Below are positions 10,628 to 18,703 of a stretch of 24,000 bases of DNA, piece by piece. Location: contig NC_015435.1 in NCBI RefSeq assembly GCF_000204925.1, positions 861,160-885,159 on the forward strand, in the 5' to 3' direction. The notes under the pieces are model-generated. The model was given only the letters and a program-made list of their open reading frames with translations. It searched no databases and was not told where the DNA came from. Made by a program: the position numbers and the translations under genes. Each line of letters starts with the position of its first letter. Positions within the stretch are counted from its first letter, which is position 1. This stretch comes from Metallosphaera cuprina Ar-4. Lineage in GTDB: Archaea; Thermoproteota; Thermoprotei_A; Sulfolobales; Sulfolobaceae.

Positions 10628-11757
10628 ATCTCATCACCTAAAACTATTGCCGTGGCGGAGTTTCCGAAACCTGCCATGCTGACGGTCAATCCTACCCTGG
10701 CCTCCTTAACTTGCCTCTCTCCTGCCTCACCTCTTATTTGTAAGAAACCTTCTATCACTTGCCCTATGCCGCTCGCCCCTATGGGGTGACCCTTAGAGTT
10801 CAGCCCTCCGCTTGTGTTTATTGGGATCTCTCCATCCACCCCTGTCATACCGTTAAGGTAGTAGGTCCAACCCTTCCCCTTCTCCAAAAGGCCCAACGCC
10901 TCACCCTCCACGATCTCAAGGATCGTGGCCATATCGTGAAGCTCAGCGAAATCTACGCGTTCAACCTTTGCTCTCTTCATAGCCAACTCTCCAGCGATTT
11001 TAACCGCTTTCATCTCAAGGATGTCCTCCCTATCTGTTATGTGAGAGGAGTCCGATCCCATTGCCACCCCCTTAATGAAAACCGGCTTTGAGGTGTAGCT
11101 TAGAGCTTCCTCATCACTTGTAATTAGGACTGAAGCCGCTCCATCGCTAATCGGACAGAACTCGTATTGCCTCAGCGGGTCGGCAACGACTGGGGAGGAT
11201 AGCACTTCTTCCAACGTTATCTCCTTCCTAATGTGGGCGAAAGGATTCCTGGCCCCATTCCAGTGGTTCTTAACCGAGACCTCAGCTATAGCCTCTCTGC
11301 TCGCCCCATATCTCCTCATGTAGATCTTCGTCATGATTGAGGCTAAACTGGGTAGGGAAATCCCTATGGACCTCTCCCTCGGAGGTAAAAGCGAGGAGAT
11401 CACTGAGGTGACCTCTCTAGTCTTCATAGTTGACATCTTCTCTACACCTATCACCAGGATGGCCCTAGCCTGACCCGAGTCGATCAGACTTTTAGCAACT
11501 AAGATGGCACTACCACCGCTCCCGCTCGTGTTGTCAATCCTGATCGAAGGTATCTCATCTAGCGAAAGATAGGAGGATATCAGGTTGTTTATACCGGATA
11601 CGTTATTGAACTCCCCTGAATAAGAGTTGGAAATTAAAACGAAATCTATATCCTTAAACCTCCTGATTATAGGAAGAGAGGATTCCTTAGCTAACTGGAA
11701 CACGTCCTCCTTCCTCTTGCCGAACCGGGTTAGCGAAGCGTCAACTATCGCTACCAT
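10624..11757 (-). CDS. Thiolase-fold (SCP-x/archaeal type) protein lacking the canonical catalytic cysteines
   Basis: The thiolase scaffold is clear: LVIGVEKMS, YEFCPISDGAASVLI, INTSGGLNSKGHPIGASGIGQ. The nucleophile position reads NTS (Ser codon 11524-11526) and the HDCF loop reads HDMA (Met codon 10930-10932). I set the start at ATG 11755-11757 because a TATA box lies 21 nt upstream. The track's GTG start at 11811 would place that TATA box inside the CDS. Confidence 0.8.
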   Translation of the reverse strand: MVAIVDASLTRFGKRKEDVFQLAKESSLPIIRRFKDIDFVLISNSYSGEFNNVSGINNLISSYLSLDEIPSIRIDNTSGSGGSAILVAKSLIDSGQARAILVIGVEKMSTMKTREVTSVISSLLPPRERSIGISLPSLASIMTKIYMRRYGASREAIAEVSVKNHWNGARNPFAHIRKEITLEEVLSSPVVADPLRQYEFCPISDGAASVLITSDEEALSYTSKPVFIKGVAMGSDSSHITDREDILEMKAVKIAGELAMKRAKVERVDFAELHDMATILEIVEGEALGLLEKGKGWTYYLNGMTGVDGEIPINTSGGLNSKGHPIGASGIGQVIEGFLQIRGEAGERQVKEARVGLTVSMAGFGNSATAIVLGDEI

Positions 11758-11778
11758 TTTATCGAGATGATCTCCAAG

Positions 11779-11786
11779 ATTTAAAT
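11779..11786 (-). promoter_or_regulatory. TATA box for the thiolase-like/DUF35 operon
   Basis: atttaaat, ending 21 nt before the ATG at 11757. Confidence 0.5.
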
Positions 11787-12008
11787 TTTTAATTTTAGGT
11801 TCTAACAGCACTAGGAAGCAACTAATTTCATTGTTTATTCTTAGATTTAACTAGTTAACATTTAATTAAATTAAGACTCGCCTTGAACGGATCACTCATA
11901 GATCATTTACTTAAAAATAAGATCTATTCTTTAAAAAATAGTAGCTATATTTAAACTTTCTATCTTGAATTTCTCTAGTTAATTTTATGTATAAAAATTT
12001 CAGATATG

Positions 12009-12016
12009 TTTAAATA
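12009..12016 (+). promoter_or_regulatory. TATA box for the sugar ABC transporter operon
   Basis: tttaaata, ending 22 nt before the GTG at 12039. Confidence 0.55.
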
Positions 12017-12038
12017 AGATGGTGTAGAGTAACAAACC

Positions 12039-13448
12039 GTGATACCCTTGTTCTCAAGGTCTAATCATAAGGGGATAGGCCGTGCCTTGGCCAGATCTGT
12101 CGTAATAGGGATAATAATTATAGTCATAGTAGCGGGGGCTATAGCTGCCGTAGAGATAGGGATGCATCACACTGCGGTGCCCTCATCGACTAACACCACA
12201 ACTGTGACCCCTCCGGTTACGAAGAACGTTACCATCACCTACTTTGACGACCTTTCGCCTTCCGAGGCCTCCGTGATGCAAGACTTGATCATTCCTCAGT
12301 TCGAAAAAATGTACCCTAACATACACGTGAACTACGTAGACGAGGGAGCCTCAGACATCGTTAAGAGCGTAGAGGAGCTCGAGCTGAGCGGAAACGTAGG
12401 TTCGGTCATAATAGGGGAGGACAACCTGGTAATAGGAGAGCTCTTAAGTGGGAACTACCTAATGAACTTGACCCCATACGCAAGTCAGATCCTTCAAAAC
12501 GTATCTCTTATCCCGTCAATGAAGAGTCTTGTGAATTACGAACAATCAGTCTACCATGGGGAGTTCTTCATACCCTTAAGGGGAAACATACCCTTGGTTT
12601 GGTATAACGAAACTCTATTTCACGAACTGAACCTAACTCCACCCCAGAACTGGTCGCAACTCATTCAAGTAGCTCAGGTAATAAAGGACAAGACAGGGGT
12701 AAACCCAATAATGTTTCAAGGACACGGAGGAGCGAGCACCTACACAGAGCTTTATCAATGGATGGTCCAGGCTGGAGGAAATCCGTTCTTGTTTAACGAT
12801 TCGGGGGACGTCTTAGCCTTTCAGTACTTGTACAACTTATCGTCCTACTTTACCCCCGGATACGTGCACGGTTACTGGGGTAGCTATAAGGGTTTGTTGA
12901 GTGGAGAATATTACATGATAGACTATCAGTGGCCTTACATTTACAGCACGATGGCTGGAGAGGGAGTTAACATGAGCCATATTGGGTTCTACCCCGGTCC
13001 TGTGGGTCCAGTGAACGGAGATCACTTAGTAGGGGGAGACGTCCTGGCCATACCTAAGGGAGCGACGGACGTCCCTGCACTAATTGACTTCGCTAGGTTC
13101 CTCTTATCTCCTCAGGTGCAAAGGGAGTTCATAATTTACATATCGTGGCCTGCAGTGAATCAAGAGGCTTACAACAATCTGCCTAGCAACATAAGCTCTC
13201 TGTACAGGGCTGAGGAGGAGGCGATGAGCAACGTGTTCTTCAGGGAACCTGTTCCTTGGATAACCGTATGGGGGCAAATAGCTGACAAGGTTTTTGACAC
13301 CATAATTGTAGATCACGCACCTTACTCCGAAATACCCAGCATACTAAGCCAGGCCAATCAAGAGATGTACAGCTACCTGGTTCAAAACTACAACTCCACT
13401 GTGGCACAGCAGTACGAGCAGGGAGTTTTTGGTCCGCTTTACGGGTGA
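12039..13448 (+). CDS. Extracellular sugar-binding protein of a CUT1-type ABC transporter, membrane-anchored
   Basis: 469 aa. It has a charged N-terminus, a long hydrophobic helix, a Ser/Thr/Pro linker (AVPSSTNTTTVTPPVTKN) and then a family-1 solute-binding domain. There are 12 N-x-S/T sequons. It is the first gene of a four-gene operon. Confidence 0.85.
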   Translation: MIPLFSRSNHKGIGRALARSVVIGIIIIVIVAGAIAAVEIGMHHTAVPSSTNTTTVTPPVTKNVTITYFDDLSPSEASVMQDLIIPQFEKMYPNIHVNYVDEGASDIVKSVEELELSGNVGSVIIGEDNLVIGELLSGNYLMNLTPYASQILQNVSLIPSMKSLVNYEQSVYHGEFFIPLRGNIPLVWYNETLFHELNLTPPQNWSQLIQVAQVIKDKTGVNPIMFQGHGGASTYTELYQWMVQAGGNPFLFNDSGDVLAFQYLYNLSSYFTPGYVHGYWGSYKGLLSGEYYMIDYQWPYIYSTMAGEGVNMSHIGFYPGPVGPVNGDHLVGGDVLAIPKGATDVPALIDFARFLLSPQVQREFIIYISWPAVNQEAYNNLPSNISSLYRAEEEAMSNVFFREPVPWITVWGQIADKVFDTIIVDHAPYSEIPSILSQANQEMYSYLVQNYNSTVAQQYEQGVFGPLYG

Positions 13449-14277
13449 GATCTTGAAGTGGACCCCTTTTTTATTGGTACTCCCAGCGGTCGCTTACATA
13501 ACTATCTTTTCTTTTTTTCCTACCATTGATGCAGTTTATTTAAGCTTCTTAGATCCTCACGGAGGGTTATCGCTTAAGAATTACCAGGAGTTAGGTTACT
13601 TCAACGTTGAGGGAGCCATTCTGGATACTATATTAGTTACGGTAGGAGCGTTGGTTATCCAACTCGCTTTAGGGTTTCTAGTGGCCAGCGTGCTCAGTAG
13701 AGAGTTCTTTGGGAGACGAGCGCTCTCAACCATAACTATAATCCCGATGGGAATAGCCACGGTGGTGGCGGCAGTGACTTTCAGTTTTATCTTTCAAACT
13801 TCTGGGGGTTACGCCAACACGGTTTTACATTCGCTGTTCAACGTTAACGTTAACTGGTATCAATCACCTGTCTCCTCCCTCCTTGTGGTCATGTTGGCGG
13901 ACAGCTGGAAGAACACTCCGATAGTGTCTCTGATCTTACTTGCAGGTTTATCCTCAATACCTAAGGAGCTGTATTATTCAGCGGCGATAGACGGTGCAGG
14001 TCCCATAAGGAGGTTCATTCACATAACCTTACCTAACCTGAGGAGCTTCATTGGCGTGGCCTTGATCCTCAGAGGAGTACAAGAGTTCAACATATTCGCC
14101 TTACCTTTGATCCTAATAGGGGATCACCCTCCCCTCCTAACGACCCTCGTGTACAACCTTTACACGACGACTTTTCCAGAAGTGGGTTTAGCCTTAGCCG
14201 CCGCTACCGTCCTTCTAGGCTTCATACTCGTGTTCATGGGTGTAGTGATCAAGCTCACCGGGGGTGGTTCACAATGA
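13429..14277 (+). CDS. ABC sugar transporter permease 1 (MalF/GlcT-like)
   Basis: 282 aa and multi-TM. The EAA-type loop is YYSAAIDGAGPIRRFIHITLPNL. The start is TTG 13429, or TTG 13453. Confidence 0.85.
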   Translation: MVRFTGEILKWTPFLLVLPAVAYITIFSFFPTIDAVYLSFLDPHGGLSLKNYQELGYFNVEGAILDTILVTVGALVIQLALGFLVASVLSREFFGRRALSTITIIPMGIATVVAAVTFSFIFQTSGGYANTVLHSLFNVNVNWYQSPVSSLLVVMLADSWKNTPIVSLILLAGLSSIPKELYYSAAIDGAGPIRRFIHITLPNLRSFIGVALILRGVQEFNIFALPLILIGDHPPLLTTLVYNLYTTTFPEVGLALAAATVLLGFILVFMGVVIKLTGGGSQ

Positions 14278-15074
14278 AGTTGGTATATCTAGGCGCGTTA
14301 ATAGTAGGGGCGTACTTCCTTTTTCCACTGTACGTTCTAGTGCTTTTGGCGTTCAACGAGCCCAGCTCAACTCTTCTAGCCAAATACCCCTCTCTCCTTC
14401 CCTTGTCCTTGACTCTCAACAACCTTAAGGCATCGCTTCAGGGGTCCGAGTTCTTAGACCCCTTTATGAAAAGCTTGGAGACTGCCACTCTAGTAGGGTT
14501 AGTAACTATCTTGCTGGCGGTACCTGCTGGATACGGGCTAAGCAGATTGCCCAGATCGATTTCCTACCCTTTTCTTGTCCTCCTTCTAGTTACCAACATG
14601 ATGCCTGCCATAGTAATAGGCATACCCATAGCTGTGGAGTTCATTAAGCTTCACCTCTTTGAGAGCGTAATTGGGCTGGCGTTGGCTCAAACCCTAGTGA
14701 CGCTCCCCATCGCCACGTTCATAATTCAGGGGACGTTCTCTTCAATCCCAGTAGACCTTGAGAATCAGGCTAGGATTGACGGTGCAGGTCTGTTCAGGAG
14801 ATTGTTCTCCATTCTTTTACCTCTTGCGGCCCCGGGGATAGCTGCGGCCTTCCTGATCTCTTGGATGTTCTCTTGGGACGAGTTCACCTACGCGATCTTA
14901 CTGATTCCTTTCCACTCCACCTTACCCGTAACCATCTACCTGGACGTGACCAGAGGTAACCTATTGGCTGGGGTCGCGTTCTCACTGATCTTTACGTTGC
15001 CGGTAATAGTTTTAACGTTCGCACTTCAGAAGTACCTTAGAGGTGAGTATTTAGCGGGGGGGATTAAGGGATGA
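14274..15074 (+). CDS. ABC sugar transporter permease 2 (MalG/GlcU-like)
   Basis: 266 aa and multi-TM. The EAA loop is ENQARIDGAGLFRRLFSILLPLAAPG. Its ATG overlaps the preceding stop as ATGA. Confidence 0.85.
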   Translation: MKLVYLGALIVGAYFLFPLYVLVLLAFNEPSSTLLAKYPSLLPLSLTLNNLKASLQGSEFLDPFMKSLETATLVGLVTILLAVPAGYGLSRLPRSISYPFLVLLLVTNMMPAIVIGIPIAVEFIKLHLFESVIGLALAQTLVTLPIATFIIQGTFSSIPVDLENQARIDGAGLFRRLFSILLPLAAPGIAAAFLISWMFSWDEFTYAILLIPFHSTLPVTIYLDVTRGNLLAGVAFSLIFTLPVIVLTFALQKYLRGEYLAGGIKG

Positions 15075-16045
15075 CCGTAGAGTTGATTGACTTAAAGAAG
15101 GCGTACGGATCAAAGAGGGTGTTAGACGGCGTCTCAGAGAAGATTGAGAACGGTGAGTTCTTCGTCATTCTAGGTCCCAGCGGGGAGGGCAAGACCACTC
15201 TGTTGAGGATAATGGCTGGGATAGAGAGACCGGACGGGGGCAGGATATTTGTTGATGGAGTTGACGTCACAAACAAACCTCCAGAGAGGAGAAACGTAGC
15301 TATGGTGTTCCAAAACTACGCCCTCTACCCTAACATGACGGTGAGGGATAACATAGCCTTCCCATTGAAAATGAGGGGAGTGAGCAAGAAAGAAATAGAG
15401 GAGCGAGTGAATAGGGTGGCCGGACTTTTAGGAATATCAGACATAATGGACAAGAAGGTGACAAAGATAAGCGGAGGTCAGCAACAGAGGGTAGCGATAG
15501 CTAGGGCTATAGTGAGGAACCCATCTTACTACCTTTTGGATGAACCGTTGAGTAACTTAGACGCTAGGATGAGGACCGTTGCACGAGGTGAGCTTAAGAG
15601 GATTCAAAAGGAGTTACAAGGAACTTTCATTTACGTAACTCATGACCAGAAGGAGGCCTTGAGTCTAGCGGATAGGGTGGCGGTATTACACGCGGGGAAA
15701 TTTGAGCAAGTTAGCAAACCTAAGGAGTTGTACGAGTATCCTAAAACGAAATGGGTGGCGGAGTTCATTGGAGATTTCCCCATGAACTTCATCCCAGGTG
15801 AGATTTTAGGAGAGAGATGTGACGAGATAGGTTTCAGACCCGAGTGGGTTAGCGTAGGAAAGGGATCTTTCACTTGTTCTGTTGAATCAGTTGAAGCTGT
15901 GGGGGACTCAAGGTATCTGGTTTGTGTCTTCAAGGGATTTGGAATAACAATCAAGTCGGAGGAGTATTACGACGTAGGGGACGAGGTTAAATTTGAGATA
16001 GTAGAATATAGGAAATTCAAAAACGGTTCAATACATCAATCTTAA
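15071..16045 (+). CDS. ABC sugar transporter ATPase (MalK/GlcV-like)
   Basis: Walker A GPSGEGKTT, Q-loop, signature ISGGQQQRVAIARA, Walker B YYLLDEPLSNLD and H-loop YVTHDQ. It overlaps the previous gene as ATGA. Confidence 0.9.
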   Translation: MTVELIDLKKAYGSKRVLDGVSEKIENGEFFVILGPSGEGKTTLLRIMAGIERPDGGRIFVDGVDVTNKPPERRNVAMVFQNYALYPNMTVRDNIAFPLKMRGVSKKEIEERVNRVAGLLGISDIMDKKVTKISGGQQQRVAIARAIVRNPSYYLLDEPLSNLDARMRTVARGELKRIQKELQGTFIYVTHDQKEALSLADRVAVLHAGKFEQVSKPKELYEYPKTKWVAEFIGDFPMNFIPGEILGERCDEIGFRPEWVSVGKGSFTCSVESVEAVGDSRYLVCVFKGFGITIKSEEYYDVGDEVKFEIVEYRKFKNGSIHQS

Positions 16046-16051
16046 ACCAAG

Positions 16052-16156
16052 TCATGACGATTTTTCCTCCTTTTCTCCTCTCTCCTTCTCGCTCATCTCC
16101 AGGATCTTCACCCAGGTCATGAAACAGTCCTCTATGACCTTTCCTTTCTGTTCCAC
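16052..16156 (-). CDS. Candidate 34-aa small ORF (very uncertain)
   Basis: From GTG the frame reads VEQKGKVIEDCFMTWVKILEMSEKERGEKEEKSS*. It is below the track cut-off and lies in the 115-bp gap between convergent genes. A second frame is also open here because of the purine bias, so this is weak evidence. Confidence 0.15.
   Translation of the reverse strand: MEQKGKVIEDCFMTWVKILEMSEKERGEKEEKSS
16061..16065 (+). terminator. T5 tract downstream of the ABC operon
   Basis: ttttt lies 16 nt after the stop codon at 16043-16045. Oligo-T tracts act as archaeal termination signals. Confidence 0.4.
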
Positions 16157-16160
16157 GTTC

Positions 16161-16937
16161 TCACCCTAGAACCCTAGTGAAGAACCTGACTGTCCTTTCC
16201 CACGCGTCTTTCGCCGCAGCTTCGTTGTAAACCTGCCCACCTTCAGTTGCGAACGCATGATAGGTCCCAGGGTAGATCTTCATCTCTAACTCCTTCTTGT
16301 ATCGAATCATAGCTTTCACCATATCAGGGATACCTTGGTTAATCGCTGAGTCTTCCCCGGCGTAGAGGGCTAGTACGGGTCCCCTCACCTTAGAAATGTC
16401 CTCTATCTGCCTCGGATTCCTTCCGTAATATACTACAGTGGCATCGAGGGGAACCATCGTAGAGAGCTGAAATATTAACCCACCTCCCATGCAGAACCCA
16501 ATTCCTCCGAACTTCTGAAGCCCAAGTCCTTTAAGGTATGAGTAAGAGGCCTCCAGGTCACCTATCATTCTGTCCTCAGTAGAAGCCCTATTTACAACCA
16601 GCTCTTGGTATATCTTCTTTTCGTCCTCCGATAGGCCCTCGACAAGTTTGGATATTGCGTTTTGATCGCCTCTCTTCTCAGGGGGTAAAGAGAAGAACCT
16701 TCTCATAACCCCTGAGATGGTCCTCTCGTTGAAGAGTTCAGAGTTTCTTGAGTAGAGATTAGGAGCTAGGACAGTGTAACCCAAAGACGCTAGCCTCCGG
16801 GTAACGTTCTTTATAAACTCTGTTATTCCCCATATCTCTGAAACCACTATTATCCCAGCCTTTTCCCCATCTGAAGCTAGGAACCCTTCTATTTCCTTAC
16901 CATCAAAACTTGGAAACCTGATGGTTCTTTCGTTCAT
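16161..16937 (-). CDS. Dienelactone hydrolase family protein
   Basis: 258 aa alpha/beta hydrolase with the DLH nucleophile elbow GIGFCMGGG and a C-terminal His (PGTYHAF). Confidence 0.85.
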   Translation of the reverse strand: MNERTIRFPSFDGKEIEGFLASDGEKAGIIVVSEIWGITEFIKNVTRRLASLGYTVLAPNLYSRNSELFNERTISGVMRRFFSLPPEKRGDQNAISKLVEGLSEDEKKIYQELVVNRASTEDRMIGDLEASYSYLKGLGLQKFGGIGFCMGGGLIFQLSTMVPLDATVVYYGRNPRQIEDISKVRGPVLALYAGEDSAINQGIPDMVKAMIRYKKELEMKIYPGTYHAFATEGGQVYNEAAAKDAWERTVRFFTRVLG

Positions 16938-16985
16938 ATCTTCGTTAGATATTTAATAATAAAAAACTTAACTTATAATGAAAGC

Positions 16986-18575
16986 TTAGGAGCTCTCCTT
17001 CTTAAAGCTTAGCTTACTTAGTTCAACGATCGCCCTAATCGTTCCCAACGTGTTGTTAACGTTAACGGTTGAGAACTCCAACGTTTTCCTCCCTTTACTC
17101 TCCTTGAGATCTCTGAAGAACCACTCAATGGAGGAGAAAACCCTGTCTATCATGAACTTGACTAACTTTCCCGTCAAACCCTTACCAGCTAACCTTGGGG
17201 CTAGCTTCCTAGTGGTCTTCATGTTATATGTCCAAGAAACGTATAGTAGATCCCAATACCTTGAGGGTAACCTATCTAACACTGGGAAAGGATTATCCTT
17301 TATCCTAGTTGTAAATATTGGTATTACAGGTAGTGGAAATATCCAGGCCGTGAAGTCGTGATCAATTATTTTCTGAACTAGGTCTATGCTATCTTGAACG
17401 TCGTCGTCGGTCTCCTCTTTATATCCTATTGTCATAGTGTAACAGGGGTAAACGTAGTTATCGTTCATTATGGAAGTGGCATCGATTATCACTTCTCCCC
17501 ACTCCCTTGGAGTCCAGGGAAAGGCTTTCGCCGGCATGTACTTCTCCAGTATCTTTAGACTTCCGCTCTCCAACCCAACTACAGGCATCACTGACCTATC
17601 GAAGTCGTATTCAGCCACCTCTGCAATGGCTTGTACAGTTTTAGGGCTCTCCCTCACTGCAGGAGCTGAGATGTGGGGCCAGAAAATCCCATCGACCCCC
17701 ATCCTCTTAACTTCAGTGAACAGTTTAACTAGCGCGTCGTGATTTACCCTAAGTTTAGAGGAGCCGTACAAGAGGATATCGTCAGTTATAAAGTCGATGT
17801 TCTTTATTCCTCCCTTTAGGTTGACCTCAACTTCCCTCTTTATGGTCTCAAGGGGAACGCTTCTAAAGGTCTCTGGGGTTATCGAACAGAAACTACAACC
17901 TCTTGGACAACCTCTCGTTACTTGCACTTCACCCCATCTGGTAGGACCTAGGATAGGAGGTATTTGCTCTGCCTTTGGGTCCTTACCTTTAACTATTGGA
18001 GGGACCGGCTCACCCTTAAGTAAGGACTTAACGACCTCTGGCAGTCTTATCTCTGCCTCCCCAAGGAACAATACGTCAAGCCAGTCCGGTCTGCTCTTAG
18101 TGAGCTCCCAAGCGCCGGGTCCCCCAGCGATTACCTTGAAGTTATACCTCTTCTTAAGTCTTGATATGACATCTCCTAGTTCCTCAAAGAACTGCTCAAG
18201 CCAAGACTTGCCTCCTCCAAAAAGAAGCGAAAGCTTAAACGTAACTGGGTCCAGTCCGAGAGGGTCGTGGACCGAAACGCCTATAACCTTCGTCTTATCA
18301 GAAACTACCTTCTCTAACCTCTCCGGTTGGATCACAGCAACGTCAGTTATACCGTTAGTCACTAAGGAAGCCTCTATCTTCCTTAGAGAGTAAGGCGCGT
18401 AAAGGGCCTTCCCCTCCTTGTCTACCTCCTTTATGGGTGGGGTGAAGAACTTATCCATGAATAACCTAGGCACTAGCCTAGAGGGCATGCAGGCAACGTA
18501 TCCGAGCACGCTGGAGGATCCGAACTTAGTGAAGGACCCTCTGTCTGATGTCAAGATCACTTGCCAATCAGACAT
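16986..18575 (-). CDS. Radical SAM protein with N-terminal B12-binding-like (Rossmann) domain; function unknown
   Basis: 529 aa. The CX3CX2C motif RGCPRGCSFC is encoded at 17886-17909. The upstream flavodoxin/B12-like domain includes KVIGVSVHDPLGLDP...KVIAGGPGAWEL. The protein has only 5 Cys in total. Confidence 0.8.
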   Translation of the reverse strand: MSDWQVILTSDRGSFTKFGSSSVLGYVACMPSRLVPRLFMDKFFTPPIKEVDKEGKALYAPYSLRKIEASLVTNGITDVAVIQPERLEKVVSDKTKVIGVSVHDPLGLDPVTFKLSLLFGGGKSWLEQFFEELGDVISRLKKRYNFKVIAGGPGAWELTKSRPDWLDVLFLGEAEIRLPEVVKSLLKGEPVPPIVKGKDPKAEQIPPILGPTRWGEVQVTRGCPRGCSFCSITPETFRSVPLETIKREVEVNLKGGIKNIDFITDDILLYGSSKLRVNHDALVKLFTEVKRMGVDGIFWPHISAPAVRESPKTVQAIAEVAEYDFDRSVMPVVGLESGSLKILEKYMPAKAFPWTPREWGEVIIDATSIMNDNYVYPCYTMTIGYKEETDDDVQDSIDLVQKIIDHDFTAWIFPLPVIPIFTTRIKDNPFPVLDRLPSRYWDLLYVSWTYNMKTTRKLAPRLAGKGLTGKLVKFMIDRVFSSIEWFFRDLKESKGRKTLEFSTVNVNNTLGTIRAIVELSKLSFKKESS

Positions 18576-18597
18576 AAGATGTATTATCTACTTAGCA

Positions 18598-18605
18598 ATT
18601 TAAAG
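18598..18605 (-). promoter_or_regulatory. TATA box for the radical SAM gene
   Basis: Reads ctttaaat on the minus strand, ending 22 nt before the ATG at 18575. Confidence 0.5.
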
Positions 18606-18674
18606 ATTAATATTATGAATATCAGTCCATCAAGGATTTTTAAATCAAGAGACCTAATGAGGATTGAAAAGATG

Positions 18675-18682
18675 TTTTATAG
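18675..18682 (+). promoter_or_regulatory. TATA box for the 2-hydroxyacid dehydrogenase gene
   Basis: ttttatag, ending 21 nt before the ATG at 18704. Confidence 0.5.
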
Positions 18683-18703
18683 CTTTAGAGTAAGGTATAG
18701 CTT

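Noticed and set aside
10759-11091. 110-aa plus-strand ORF inside the thiolase-like gene. The same class includes 15640-15954, 15064-15276, 12837-13025, 13104-13316, 8084-8281, 8861-9091, 6702-6905, 4444-4641, 3682-3864, 2814-3005 and 5425-5643
   Set aside because: Each lies antisense to or overlaps a longer ORF with recognisable family motifs. None has a promoter at the characteristic distance, and their composition is R/S/P/L-biased.
17797-18393. 198-aa plus-strand ORF, together with 17050-17361, 17470-17742 and 18418-18603
   Set aside because: All are nested antisense to the radical SAM gene, which has clear motifs. Their products are S/L/P/T-rich and low in complexity with no motifs, which is the typical shadow-ORF pattern.
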